Shown: positions 9,585 through 19,721 of the stretch, piece after piece | Position numbering within the stretch: the first letter of the stretch is position 1 | How the letters are laid out: each line of letters opens with the position of its first letter | Program-made: the position numbers and the translations under genes | DNA from: Patescibacteria group bacterium | GTDB lineage: Bacteria; Patescibacteriota; Patescibacteriia; UBA9570; JAHJKD01 | NCBI GenBank assembly: GCA_018822435.1 | Contig: JAHJKD010000003.1 | Coordinates: forward strand, 1,208 to 65,207 | Direction of reading: 5' to 3' | Length of the DNA: 64,000 nucleotides | Notes under the pieces: generated by a model | Told to the model about the DNA's origin: nothing | The model's input: the letters and a program-made list of their open reading frames with translations, nothing else | The model's database searches: none

Positions 9585-10334
9585 CTATTCTACTTGTCCA
9601 ATCTCTTTTCTGTATAAACAGTAGTCACAATCTTTGTCTGCCTTTGGTATTTTGTCATTTTCCAAGCACTTCTTGATATCTTTTAATGTTTTCTCTACCC
9701 AATCGTCACTTCCGATGTATTCAATAAGGTGAATATCAAATTCTAGTTTTGCATCAAAGGCTTTTTCATCTGGTCGTCCTGTGCAGTATACAAAATAACC
9801 TGTATTTGACATTTTGAGACCGTTTTGGCGTAAGAGCCACTGATATACTTCCATTTGCCTCTTATAGCCGTCCTGCCAGTCTTTATCCAGCTCTGTGACA
9901 GCTTCTGATTTTGCAGTAGCCTTGTAGTCTACAACAATGTATTCCTTTGTTTTTGGATCAAGCCACAAATCATCAATTGCTCCGCTGACGATAAAACCTG
10001 TTGGCTTGTGTGTGCACTCAACGCCTTTAAAGTTTTCTCTCCAAATATCTAGCGATTCGTGGGCTATAGGAATAGCATTAATGCCGTATTGTTTTTGTAT
10101 GGCGTGTTGTTCGCCGTTTGCTCGGTGTGCGTCAAATTCTGTTTTTAGGAGGTTGTCTACCGCGCTATTGAGTGAAAATGGATATCCGGGCGGTCGTTTC
10201 AATCCAAGTTTGTTATCCAAATAAAAACATTTTGGACATTGCTGGAATAAATCTATTTTTGAGCGTGAAAGACGCCAGCGTTTTCCGCCGTAGTTCCAGT
10301 CTGCTTTTCGTGGGATTGAGTAGTAGTCGGACAT
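9585..10334 (-). CDS. PD-(D/E)XK nuclease, Cas4/AddB-like, with Cys ligands
   Basis: CPKC, GAIDD, VVDYKAT, QMEVY, CDYC. Confidence 0.85.
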   Translation of the reverse strand: MSDYYSIPRKADWNYGGKRWRLSRSKIDLFQQCPKCFYLDNKLGLKRPPGYPFSLNSAVDNLLKTEFDAHRANGEQHAIQKQYGINAIPIAHESLDIWRENFKGVECTHKPTGFIVSGAIDDLWLDPKTKEYIVVDYKATAKSEAVTELDKDWQDGYKRQMEVYQWLLRQNGLKMSNTGYFVYCTGRPDEKAFDAKLEFDIHLIEYIGSDDWVEKTLKDIKKCLENDKIPKADKDCDYCLYRKEIGQVE

Positions 10335-10364
10335 GAAATTTAATTATTAATTAATATTTATTCA

Positions 10365-11576
10365 TCAAATCAGTTTCTTGGCCTTGCGATACATTTTTTT
10401 ATATGAATTTTCATTCACTTTCCTCAAAAACAATTTAAGGTCATTTTTTGCAATGATTTTATCTCCAAAGTAATACGATAATATCCCACTTCCATAAAGC
10501 AAGGCTGGTTCTTTATTTTTTTGGTATTCATTATTCAAAAATTCTACTACCTCAAGTGGATTAAATCCCAGTCTTTCAACTGGAATTGAAACTAACTTCT
10601 CATAACATTTAAAAGCACTTTTATAATTTTTCTCTAATATCTTAAAAAAGGCTAAATCAACAATTGTAAGCGTAGAGCTGGGGTATTTTTGTTGAAGTTC
10701 AGTTACGACTTTTTGAGCTTCTGCAATTTTTCCTTGTTTATACAAAAATGTAGCTAAATTTGTTAGTGCAAAATGATTATTCACATCGAGTTTCAAAATT
10801 TTATTACAAAATTCAATGCCTTTATTAAAATCTTTTTTATTTAAACCAAATTCAACAACTAAAATTGTATAATCATCAATAAGGTGGATAGCTGTGCTTT
10901 GTATTAAATCATCATTCCTTTTAGCTAGACTGTTATACAAACGTTCTAATAGAGCGATACTCTTACCAATTTTTCCATAAATCTTTAGTGAAAGCGCTAT
11001 TGTATATATTGATAAATCGAAGATATTGTTTGAAACGATTTGAATATCCTCAAATGAGTTATGTTCGATAATGTTCCAGTAATTTTTTCGTGCCATTCTC
11101 GACCTTAAATCTGCCAAAATCATTTTTCCTATTCTCTTTTCCTTATCATCTGGATGACCAAACGTAAAACTTAAATTTAATTTATTTATGTTGTTTCCAT
11201 CTTTTTTTAGGTTATCAACTGTGAAATCTCCCCATATAATCAAATCAATGTCTTTTTTATTTCTAAATTTTTCTGCTTCTTCCTGATTTTTAAATTTTTT
11301 AATATCTGAAAAATCTTGAACAACTACATATTTATCTAAATCTTGTTCTTTTAGGACTTGATTTATGTTTTTCTTTATTTGTTTGAAATAACTTCCAGAG
11401 TTCAAACCTTCATCAAATTCTATAGAAAGAGCGATGTTAAAATTAGCTGGAAACCATTGGAGTTTTCTTGCTCTGAGCCAATTATATAATTGCTTACGAT
11501 AAGTCCAACAGGCAGTCCCCAAGCCCCCTATTATTAGTAATATCAGCCCACTTATTATAGATTCAGTAATTTCCAT
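10365..11576 (-). CDS. Membrane-anchored TPR-repeat protein
   Basis: N-terminal TM helix; C-terminal TPR-like helices (ALTNLATFLYKQGKIAEA). Confidence 0.7.
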   Translation of the reverse strand: MEITESIISGLILLIIGGLGTACWTYRKQLYNWLRARKLQWFPANFNIALSIEFDEGLNSGSYFKQIKKNINQVLKEQDLDKYVVVQDFSDIKKFKNQEEAEKFRNKKDIDLIIWGDFTVDNLKKDGNNINKLNLSFTFGHPDDKEKRIGKMILADLRSRMARKNYWNIIEHNSFEDIQIVSNNIFDLSIYTIALSLKIYGKIGKSIALLERLYNSLAKRNDDLIQSTAIHLIDDYTILVVEFGLNKKDFNKGIEFCNKILKLDVNNHFALTNLATFLYKQGKIAEAQKVVTELQQKYPSSTLTIVDLAFFKILEKNYKSAFKCYEKLVSIPVERLGFNPLEVVEFLNNEYQKNKEPALLYGSGILSYYFGDKIIAKNDLKLFLRKVNENSYKKMYRKAKKLI

Positions 11577-11631
11577 AATTTATTTTCATTACATTTTTCG
11601 AATATATTGAATTGTTAAAACCAAAAATATA

Positions 11632-12879
11632 TCATTTTACCAATTCACCACGAAAAGCTTTCCGGAACAGTGATTGTTGAATTTTATCAGTACGACTTTT
11701 AGCTTCTTTATATATATTTCTGGCTTCATTGACTTTACTTTTTATCATAGTTAGACGGTCAACAATCTTTTCTTGCTCCTCAATCGGCGGTAATGCTATT
11801 TGATATGTTTTAATATAATCAGTAGGAACACGAGCTTGACCCGCCGTCCCCGTCATATGTTGTTGCGCAATATGCCTAAAATAATCACTTCTTAAAATTG
11901 AATAAATGAATTTTGCATTTAGTCTGTCTGAGGGTCTAATGACATGAAATTCAGTAGTCCCAAACCCAATTCCATTAACCAAGTTATTAGCAATCGCTGA
12001 TTTACCATTTTCCATACAAGGTGTGATTTTTGCAAACAAGACATCGCCATTCTTGAAATAAGTGTAACCTTTTCGTACTTTTCCAATTTTTCTTATTTCA
12101 GGTGTTTCAATTTTCCCTGTATGCTCGTTTACTGCAGCCATTGGCACAAAACTAACATCTGTATCATCAGAAATATCTTTGACTTCGCTTTTTTTGGGAT
12201 TTATTTCAGCAATATCTTGTAATTCGACCATTTCCCAGCCTTCAGGTAGTACACTTTCATCATCTGGAATAAGCTTATGGAGTGCTGAAGACATTACGTT
12301 GGCTAAACGTATTTCAGCTTCAAAAAGTAATGACGTTGATTTTGTTAAAATACTTTTTGACTCGTTAAGTTTCATTAAAATCTCTTTTTGATTTGGAATT
12401 GGCGGAAGTGGAATTCGAAGATCTTTAATTATCGTTTGGCTTATATTTGATTGCGCCCCACCAAAACCCTTATCAATTAGGTTATCTTTTTCATTTATAA
12501 GATAAATTTTTAAAAAATCCTTTAAGATTTTACTTTCATCTGGAAAGAATGCACAAACGGCTTGGTTTGTTGTAGCTTCTATGCCAAGTTCAGCTGTTTG
12601 ACCAATGTTTGCTCCGTACATAGCCATTAAAAAAGTTCCTTTGGGTAGAATCTTTACGTTACTTGATTTTAAAGCATCTTTTGTGATTTTTTCTTCTGTT
12701 TCAAAAATTATATTTTCTTTTAATTCACCTGATTTTACCCAAGAAATTTTACCATTTTTATAAAATTCTTTATTGTTTCTACTTGGAGTTCCACCACTGG
12801 TTGTCTTACAAACAGTTTTTAGTTCTACCATTTTCCAGCCAGCAGGAAGTTCTATTTCATTATTTTTCATAATATACAT
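11632..12879 (-). CDS. hsdS: Type I R-M specificity subunit
   Basis: Two TRD units each opened by LPxGWxMVEL; IPLPP and IALPPIEEQ; KAFRGELV C-terminus. Confidence 0.93.
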   Translation of the reverse strand: MYIMKNNEIELPAGWKMVELKTVCKTTSGGTPSRNNKEFYKNGKISWVKSGELKENIIFETEEKITKDALKSSNVKILPKGTFLMAMYGANIGQTAELGIEATTNQAVCAFFPDESKILKDFLKIYLINEKDNLIDKGFGGAQSNISQTIIKDLRIPLPPIPNQKEILMKLNESKSILTKSTSLLFEAEIRLANVMSSALHKLIPDDESVLPEGWEMVELQDIAEINPKKSEVKDISDDTDVSFVPMAAVNEHTGKIETPEIRKIGKVRKGYTYFKNGDVLFAKITPCMENGKSAIANNLVNGIGFGTTEFHVIRPSDRLNAKFIYSILRSDYFRHIAQQHMTGTAGQARVPTDYIKTYQIALPPIEEQEKIVDRLTMIKSKVNEARNIYKEAKSRTDKIQQSLFRKAFRGELVK

Positions 12880-12885
12880 AGTTAA

Positions 12886-14244
12886 TTATCCCAATTCCTT
12901 TTGTAAATCTTCTAATTTATCTATCGCTTCTTTTAAAAAGTTTACACTTTCTTCAATTAAAACATTTGGCTCAGGAAGATTTGAGGGGTCATCGAAACTT
13001 TCATCTTTAAGCCATTTTAAATCTAAATTAAAATTTCTTTTTTTCAAATCTTCAAATAGGAATTTCTTCCATCGTTCTGTTTCCTGGTCTCTATTTTGAT
13101 ATTTCTCAAGAAAATCATTAAAGTATTCAGATTTTAGCGGTTTCCTTTTGGAAATTTTTTCTACATTTGTACGCAAGTCGTAAAACCACAAATTTTCTGT
13201 TTTCTCTCCTGTCTTTTCAAAAAAGATAACATTGGTTTTAACCCCAGGCGTATATGGTGTGAATGTTCCGTTTGGTAATCTAATTATGGTATGTAGATTA
13301 AAATTTTCTAAAAGCATTTTTCGTATTTTTGTCCCTGCTCCTCCTTCAAATAGAACGTTGTCTGGCATTACCATCGCACACCGACCACCATTTTTTAAAA
13401 TACTCATACAATGTTGTAGAAAGTTTAGTTGACGACTTTTGGTTACAACAAAAAAATCATCCCTACTATAAGAAACGCTGTTCGTTTTTTTGAAGGGCGG
13501 ATTTGTAAGAATTACATCATACCCATCGCCATACTTTTCTTTCAAAGAATCACCATAGGTAATTTGACCTTCTATTTCATGTAGATAAAGATTCATTATA
13601 CAAAGTCTTCTCGTTTCCCAAACAAATTCACCTCCTGAAATGGCTTCTTTTTGCAAAAAATCATATTCCTCTCTTTTTAAGCTCTTTTTTTCTTTTTCAA
13701 GCTCTTTAAAAATATACTCAAATGCTTCAATTAAGAATCCCCCCGTACCACAGGCAGGGTCATGGATTGTTTCATTGTGTTTAGGGTTTATACATTTAAC
13801 GATTGTTCGAATCAGTTCACGAGGGGTAAAATACTGACCAGCGCCTTTCTGTTCTGCTGCATATTTTGCGAGCAACCCTTCGTAAGCTGCTCCTTTAACA
13901 TCTATATCAATAGAAGACCACTCTTCATCGTCCAAAGCTCCAATTACTTTGTTTAGGCTAACAGGATTTCTAAATTTATTGTTTGATTGAGCAAAAATAT
14001 CTCCAAGCACTCCGGCTTCTTTTCCAAGATTCTTCAAAACTACTTCATAATGCTCAATAAGAGCCATGCCACTATGATTCATTAAAGTTTGCCAACTGTA
14101 TTCACTTGGTATACGAATACCTTTTTCATCAGCCATTTTGAGAAACAGCAAATATGTTAATTGTTCTATATAGTCACCATAATGCATACCTTCATCGTGA
14201 AGATTTCCTGCTAATGACCAAAGTTTTTGTACGATATCTGACAT
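12886..14244 (-). CDS. hsdM: Type I R-M m6A methyltransferase
   Basis: GQYFTPR, DPACGTGGFL, NPPF. Confidence 0.95.
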   Translation of the reverse strand: MSDIVQKLWSLAGNLHDEGMHYGDYIEQLTYLLFLKMADEKGIRIPSEYSWQTLMNHSGMALIEHYEVVLKNLGKEAGVLGDIFAQSNNKFRNPVSLNKVIGALDDEEWSSIDIDVKGAAYEGLLAKYAAEQKGAGQYFTPRELIRTIVKCINPKHNETIHDPACGTGGFLIEAFEYIFKELEKEKKSLKREEYDFLQKEAISGGEFVWETRRLCIMNLYLHEIEGQITYGDSLKEKYGDGYDVILTNPPFKKTNSVSYSRDDFFVVTKSRQLNFLQHCMSILKNGGRCAMVMPDNVLFEGGAGTKIRKMLLENFNLHTIIRLPNGTFTPYTPGVKTNVIFFEKTGEKTENLWFYDLRTNVEKISKRKPLKSEYFNDFLEKYQNRDQETERWKKFLFEDLKKRNFNLDLKWLKDESFDDPSNLPEPNVLIEESVNFLKEAIDKLEDLQKELG

Positions 14245-14257
14245 AGTATTTTAGTTA

Positions 14258-16939
14258 TTACATTGGTTGTAAAATATGTTCATTTATACGCTCTAGGGTT
14301 TCATTCAATTTACCTTCAAAATCCCTATTTGCTTTTGAAAAGCCACCCTTTCTACTAAAAGGCAATGAACGAAAATCGCTAGACTCTACAATGATATTTG
14401 TTTCAAGGTGGATTTTTATATCATCAAGCCATTGTTGCTGTGGCTCAGTCTCGCCCTCAAGTAACATTATCTTAAATGCTTTTTCTATACGTTGTCGTGG
14501 TGTATATAATTTTGTATTCCACATGGCGTGTGAAACAAATGCATATAAGTCAGCTGGGGTTTTAGTATGAGTTGCAATTTCATTTGCGCGTCTTAAATTA
14601 TCTTCTGTGAACCGTTCAGGTGTTTTTGCTAATTCATTTTTAAGCTCCTTGAAATGTTTCATTGAAAATTGTCTTGGTGAATTTAAAAGTATTTTAAGTG
14701 CCTCAATTGTCTTAGCATTTTGCTTAATATATTGCTTAAATGTTTCTAAGTAGTCTTTTGGTTTTAATTCTCTTCCGTCTGTAGTTCGAAAAATATATTC
14801 GGAGGTTGCAATTTCTGCCTTTTTTTCTTTAGAAATTATGAAACCTTGCCTGTAACGAGGGTAATTTTGTAAAAATTCAAGAAAATTAGGGTCTGACATT
14901 TGATTTAGAGCTTCTTCTTCTTGCTGAGCAAGCCTATCTTGAATACTTAATGAGAATTCTTGCAAGTTACCATCTGGTACTGCAAAGCGATTTTCAAGTT
15001 CTTTCCTCCCTTCTTCTGTTATATTCTTATCTACTCTTTGCAACTTCCTAGAAAGAGATTTCACGTTATCTTCAATATCTTTTCCATCACGAATTTCTTT
15101 AATGATTTCACCATAAGTCTTTCCAGCTTTCGTAATTGGTTGCATTATATCTCCGCCTTGCTCCTTCATGAAATCTATTACGCCAATAGCATCAAATACT
15201 GTGAAATGAGTTTTGTTAATATCTTTACAAAGCCGTGTGCCTCTACCAATCATTTGTTCGTAAAGAATTCGTGAACGAATAGGTCTTGCAATAAGCAAAT
15301 TTTCAATTGCTGGCACATCAACACCAGTAGAAAGCATATCAACGGTGACAACTATCCGTGGTTTTTTTAGATTTCTAAATTTACGAATTAGCTCATTTGG
15401 CTTATCGACGGTATAAGTTATTTTTTGAACAACATCATCACCTTCACCTAATTCTTTTCTAAATAGCTTTACCAATTGATTTGCATGTCGCTCATTAACA
15501 CTAAAAACTAAAGTTTTCTCATCTTTTCCAATATATTTACAGACTTCTTTAACAATTTTTCGGTTTCTATCTTCAACAGTCACTTTTCTCTCTAATCCGC
15601 TTGTATCAATATGCAAATCATCATCAAGAAGCTCATCTTTATGTTTTTTGGTTTTCCATTCCTCTATTGTAACTCCTTCTCCTTTTGAAAAAGATACTTC
15701 TTCTTTCATATCTATATCTGTTCGTATTCGTACTGCATCGAAATCTACTAAATATCCATCATCTACTGCCTTTAAATAGCCGTAAGAATACAGATCCTTT
15801 TCATCATGAACATCAAAATATGCTGCTGTGTGAGCTGCAGGCGTAGCAGTCAGTCCAAATTGATGTACATCAAAGTAATCCAAGACATATTTCCATTTAT
15901 TATAAATCGATCGATGGCACTCATCAGATATAATTAAATCAAAAGAATCAATTGGAAAATTCTTGTTATATTCAATTGGACTATCATCCCCGTCAGCCCA
16001 TTCATCTTCTGTTTTAACATCTACACCACTATCTCTGCCTTTAAGCATAGAATACAGTCTTTGTATGGTAGATACATAAACAAATGTATTTGATTTCTTT
16101 CTCTTTTTTAATTGTGATGGCTGTAATACCTCAGCATTATAATCAATTTTTTCACCATCTTCAGGCGTTGGTATCTTGTCACAATAGACAGAATATAAAG
16201 TATCAAATTTATTACCTTTTTCAGGTTCAAATGTTGAAAGAGCCGTTACTGTTTGATCTGCTAAACTTCTTCTATCAACCAAGAATAAAATTCTTTTAAA
16301 ATATCCAGACTTCATTAAATGATACATTAAGGCTGAAGCTGCAAATGTTTTTCCCGTACCAGTTGCCATTGCAATAAGCCCCATTCGTTTATTGTTCAGC
16401 AATCTGTTAACAACATATTCTGCGGCTTCTTTTTGATAAAATCTTAAAGCACGGTCGCCGTAAACAGTTTTAATCTCTTCGTTTTGAAGATACTTTATTG
16501 CGTTATTTTTATCTTCGGAAAGTCTTTCTGTTAAACTTTCTGGTGTATGAAAACCTTCAACTGCTCGACTAAAACTAGGTGATTCTCTTAAATTTTGAAA
16601 CCGTATATCTGTACCATTAGAGCTGTATACAAAAGGCACTTTGTAGCTGCCATACTTAGATTCAAAACCTTCTAAATCTTCTGCGTATCGTAAAGACTGG
16701 GTTAATACGCCATCAATTTGAGTTCCTTCCTTTTTTGCTTCAACTACACCTACAGGTTTACCATCAATTGTAAGTAAGTAATCAGCATCACCTGAGCTTG
16801 TAGGATATTCATAAATAGCCTCACAATCACTCCCTTTGATATCCGTTTTTCGCGAGACAACAGACCAGCCTGCTTTTTCAAGCAGTTTATCAATTTTTTC
16901 TGAACGTGTTTTTGATTCTTTAGGCATATTAAATTTCAT
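14258..16939 (-). CDS. hsdR: Type I R-M restriction/translocase subunit
   Basis: ADY...VEAK nuclease motif, ATGTGKT, DECH, TATP, QMIGRGTR. Confidence 0.95.
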   Translation of the reverse strand: MKFNMPKESKTRSEKIDKLLEKAGWSVVSRKTDIKGSDCEAIYEYPTSSGDADYLLTIDGKPVGVVEAKKEGTQIDGVLTQSLRYAEDLEGFESKYGSYKVPFVYSSNGTDIRFQNLRESPSFSRAVEGFHTPESLTERLSEDKNNAIKYLQNEEIKTVYGDRALRFYQKEAAEYVVNRLLNNKRMGLIAMATGTGKTFAASALMYHLMKSGYFKRILFLVDRRSLADQTVTALSTFEPEKGNKFDTLYSVYCDKIPTPEDGEKIDYNAEVLQPSQLKKRKKSNTFVYVSTIQRLYSMLKGRDSGVDVKTEDEWADGDDSPIEYNKNFPIDSFDLIISDECHRSIYNKWKYVLDYFDVHQFGLTATPAAHTAAYFDVHDEKDLYSYGYLKAVDDGYLVDFDAVRIRTDIDMKEEVSFSKGEGVTIEEWKTKKHKDELLDDDLHIDTSGLERKVTVEDRNRKIVKEVCKYIGKDEKTLVFSVNERHANQLVKLFRKELGEGDDVVQKITYTVDKPNELIRKFRNLKKPRIVVTVDMLSTGVDVPAIENLLIARPIRSRILYEQMIGRGTRLCKDINKTHFTVFDAIGVIDFMKEQGGDIMQPITKAGKTYGEIIKEIRDGKDIEDNVKSLSRKLQRVDKNITEEGRKELENRFAVPDGNLQEFSLSIQDRLAQQEEEALNQMSDPNFLEFLQNYPRYRQGFIISKEKKAEIATSEYIFRTTDGRELKPKDYLETFKQYIKQNAKTIEALKILLNSPRQFSMKHFKELKNELAKTPERFTEDNLRRANEIATHTKTPADLYAFVSHAMWNTKLYTPRQRIEKAFKIMLLEGETEPQQQWLDDIKIHLETNIIVESSDFRSLPFSRKGGFSKANRDFEGKLNETLERINEHILQPM

Positions 16940-16957
16940 TACATTGTTCTGATTGTT

Positions 16958-17173
16958 CTAACCCTGATTTTCAGGTGAACTTTTTTTCAAGAATGTTATT
17001 ACGTCTTTCTTGTGATAGCGTCTTGGCTGCGTATCACTTGGACGAAAGGCTTTAAGTAGTCCTTTATCGTCCCAACGTCTTAATGTCATAAGAGAAACTT
17101 GTAGTATATCTGCAACTTCCCGAAGGGATAGTATTTCCGGCATATCCTTTAATTGGTCTACTAGGTTTTTCAT
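16958..17173 (-). CDS. Small MerR/excisionase-like HTH protein
   Basis: LSLREVADILQVSLMTLRRWD...RRY. Confidence 0.85.
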   Translation of the reverse strand: MKNLVDQLKDMPEILSLREVADILQVSLMTLRRWDDKGLLKAFRPSDTQPRRYHKKDVITFLKKSSPENQG

Positions 17174-17183
17174 AACAATAAAA

Positions 17184-19250
17184 TTAAGAAGAATGCTTAT
17201 TAAGTGATTGCTGTATTAAGAAAATGGCATAATCAATCTCCTCAGGCTCAGATAAGCTTACTTCTACATCTCCATTTCCCCAGCGTCCTAAATCCGTAAC
17301 ATCTTTTGCCATTCCTTTTGGGTCATCAAGTTCCTCAAATTTCATATTTAGAGAAAGTCTTAATCTGGTTTTTTGAGGGACAACATCTACAAAGTTTGTT
17401 GAAGTTTTGAAAGCTATGTAGAGCTTCATACATTCTTCTCTAATCTCTGGATTTAAAAGCATGATTCGCTCTTTTAATAGCTCGTAGAGAGTGAACATGT
17501 CGCCTTGTAGGTATTCATAATCTTCAATGTTGTAATCAGCTTCTTTTTCTGGTTGTAAGTCTTTTTTGTACTTCTCCAATATCTCATCAGATAAAACTGG
17601 AGCTTTCCAGATTTGCAGGGCTTCTTTGCTTAGAGTTTCGGCTCGTTGTTTAATCGTTTCTTCATTCCAAGTATCAAGGTCTATTAAATCTTTATTTAAA
17701 CGCACAGAGCTTTCTTTAAATCCTTTCTGCATATCTCTTTTTTCTGTGAACGATTTATTACTCATATCAGAGTTGTACCCCGTAAGAGTAAGATTTCCGA
17801 TAGTGTGCAAATACTCACTTTGGATTCTCTGGAAGTCCTCTCCAAGTGCTTCCTTCCATTGAGGGGTTAAGGTTTGAGGCATGATATGCTCAACGCTCAA
17901 ATCATCAAGATTTACTCGCTCTTTATTGTTGTGGTGTTCAATTTTCTCGAAGAGATAACCGCTATTTCTGAAATTGTAAACATCTTTCTTGGCTAGCTCC
18001 TCCTTAAATTCACTATCCTTAGGAAGTCGGTGATAGCTCTCTCGTAGTATGAAATTAGCCATGAGGCTTTCAATGTAATTCTCTGGCTCGATTTCTTTGT
18101 AGAGGTTCGCAAAGGTCTTATTAAGGGAATTGGTAGGAATACCACAAATAGCACGTCTAAAGACGTAGCATTCAACCAGTTTGAGAACTTCAATGAAATC
18201 TTCCTTTGTGATTATGTTGTTTTCGTAATCATCATAAACACTCATCAGGAATGGGTAAGCTACCTCAACCTTTAGAGTTCTGATGTTGTTAATTATCTCG
18301 TTTATTTGATTGTCTTCTTCTTTGTTAAATTCAAGTTTGGCGTAGTACTTTGAAAACTTGTGGACGTCTGCCACTACCTCTTCAATTTCTCTTCCGAAAA
18401 TATACTGCTTGTATGTTGTGTAAACTGAATCTAGGGTTGGGATTGAGCCTGTTTTGATAGTAAGGAAGCCACGCATGAAGTAGTCAAACTTTTCTTCATT
18501 TTGACCTTCGATAAAAAGGCTCTCCATTGGTAGCCAATACTTGGTGTAAATTTCTTTCTGATGGTCTGGCTCAAGCCCCATGAGAACATAATTCCTAATA
18601 AGGTCAGATTGAGACAAATCCAGTCCGGTAGAATTAAGACTTTCAAAAATAAGCTGAGGGTTGTCCTCTCTATCTAATGCAATATCAACAATGATAAGTT
18701 TTCGTATTCCTTTGAATAAATCATCAAGGTTAATGTTGCCTTTTTCTATTTGAGTAACAAAAAATAGGTAATTTTGGTAAATACGTTCGATTTCTTCATC
18801 TTTTGATATTTCTTCACCATCAACCAATTTTCTAAATACTTCTTTGTCATGTCGTGTAAGGCTTAGTTTAATTCGTTTATCATCTTTACTGTACTCATTC
18901 ACAAGGAAAGAGTTCATGATTTGACGTTTTGTAACCTCGTATTTCTCCTCCGATTTCTTCAAGGCATTCACCATTGCCAAGAAAAGCAATGACAGGGTTG
19001 TCAGTCTCTGCTGTCCATCAATTACAAGAGCCTGATTTGTACCTGCGATGTTATACATGCCAGCGGCTACATAAACGACCGAACCTATAAAGTGAGCAGG
19101 AACTGTATCATCAGTCGAAACTCGCAAAATATCATTCCAAAGTTGCTTACATTGGATTAAATTCCAGCTATAGGTACGCTGATAAATGGGAATAATGAAC
19201 TGCTGTTCTTTATTGATGAACGATATAAAATTGGTTTCTAATGCCTTCAT
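17184..19250 (-). CDS. GmrSD-like DUF262-DUF1524(HNH) protein with C-terminal DUF5655-like domain
   Basis: IPIYQRTYSW, IDGQQRLTT, IFESLNSTG, VEHIMPQ, IGNLTL..YN; C-terminal GRWGNGDVEV. Confidence 0.88.
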   Translation of the reverse strand: MKALETNFISFINKEQQFIIPIYQRTYSWNLIQCKQLWNDILRVSTDDTVPAHFIGSVVYVAAGMYNIAGTNQALVIDGQQRLTTLSLLFLAMVNALKKSEEKYEVTKRQIMNSFLVNEYSKDDKRIKLSLTRHDKEVFRKLVDGEEISKDEEIERIYQNYLFFVTQIEKGNINLDDLFKGIRKLIIVDIALDREDNPQLIFESLNSTGLDLSQSDLIRNYVLMGLEPDHQKEIYTKYWLPMESLFIEGQNEEKFDYFMRGFLTIKTGSIPTLDSVYTTYKQYIFGREIEEVVADVHKFSKYYAKLEFNKEEDNQINEIINNIRTLKVEVAYPFLMSVYDDYENNIITKEDFIEVLKLVECYVFRRAICGIPTNSLNKTFANLYKEIEPENYIESLMANFILRESYHRLPKDSEFKEELAKKDVYNFRNSGYLFEKIEHHNNKERVNLDDLSVEHIMPQTLTPQWKEALGEDFQRIQSEYLHTIGNLTLTGYNSDMSNKSFTEKRDMQKGFKESSVRLNKDLIDLDTWNEETIKQRAETLSKEALQIWKAPVLSDEILEKYKKDLQPEKEADYNIEDYEYLQGDMFTLYELLKERIMLLNPEIREECMKLYIAFKTSTNFVDVVPQKTRLRLSLNMKFEELDDPKGMAKDVTDLGRWGNGDVEVSLSEPEEIDYAIFLIQQSLNKHSS

Positions 19251-19276
19251 AATTGAAATTTAATTAATTTTCTCAG

Positions 19277-19327
19277 GTTATACAAAGTATTACAAAGTTA
19301 GTATAACAATTCTAGTGTTTTTCACAA
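19277..19327 (-). promoter_or_regulatory. Internal promoter and operator of the defence cassette
   Basis: TTGTGA-16 bp-TATACT; TACAAAGT direct repeats 10 bp apart, flanked by a GTTATAC/GTATAAC inverted pair. Confidence 0.5.
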
Positions 19328-19368
19328 GAGAATGAAGGGAAGAGAAGAGCTGTATATTATAAAGAGTT

Positions 19369-19506
19369 GTTCCGCCGATAGGCGGAACTCCATATATTCC
19401 CCTCATTAAAAAAGCGTTTCCGTAGCGTAGCGGAGGAAACACCATATTTCCCCTTATAAATAAATCGTTTTCGGAGCAAAGCGGAGAAAACACCTTATAT
19501 CCACTC
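19369..19506 (+). repeat. Three tandem units of about 50 bp (hairpin plus CWCC-Wn-TCCMCTY)
   Basis: ctccatatattcccctc, caccatatttcccctt and caccttatatccactc, each preceded by a gttyc...gaac-type hairpin. Confidence 0.7.
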
Positions 19507-19582
19507 TAAAAATAAAGAAAAAGAAATTTGAAAATTTTTTAAAACAATTGGGCGATAGCCCAGAAAAGAAAAGGAATATTTC

Positions 19583-19697
19583 AGCTAACGTTTCGGCATA
19601 TACGATGTTGCACGGGTGTATAATAGCCGACAGGCTACACCCGTGCAATATGGGCGGAGCGACCATCGGGAGCGTAGCCGTATATGCCGTGTTATAT
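19583..19697 (-). other. attC-like site 2 (115 bp)
   Basis: AGCTAAC-GTTT-cggcatatacg, two arms, cgtatatgccg-T-GTTATAT. Confidence 0.9.
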
Positions 19698-19721
19698 GAT
19701 GTAATTTATCAAAATTTTTTA

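Noticed and set aside
9461-10334. CRISPR array beside the Cas4-like gene
   Set aside because: Only two loop repeats, no repeat-spacer periodicity and no cas1/cas2
10336-11631. Inverted repeats flanking the TPR gene
   Set aside because: Weak AT-only similarity that cannot be distinguished from background
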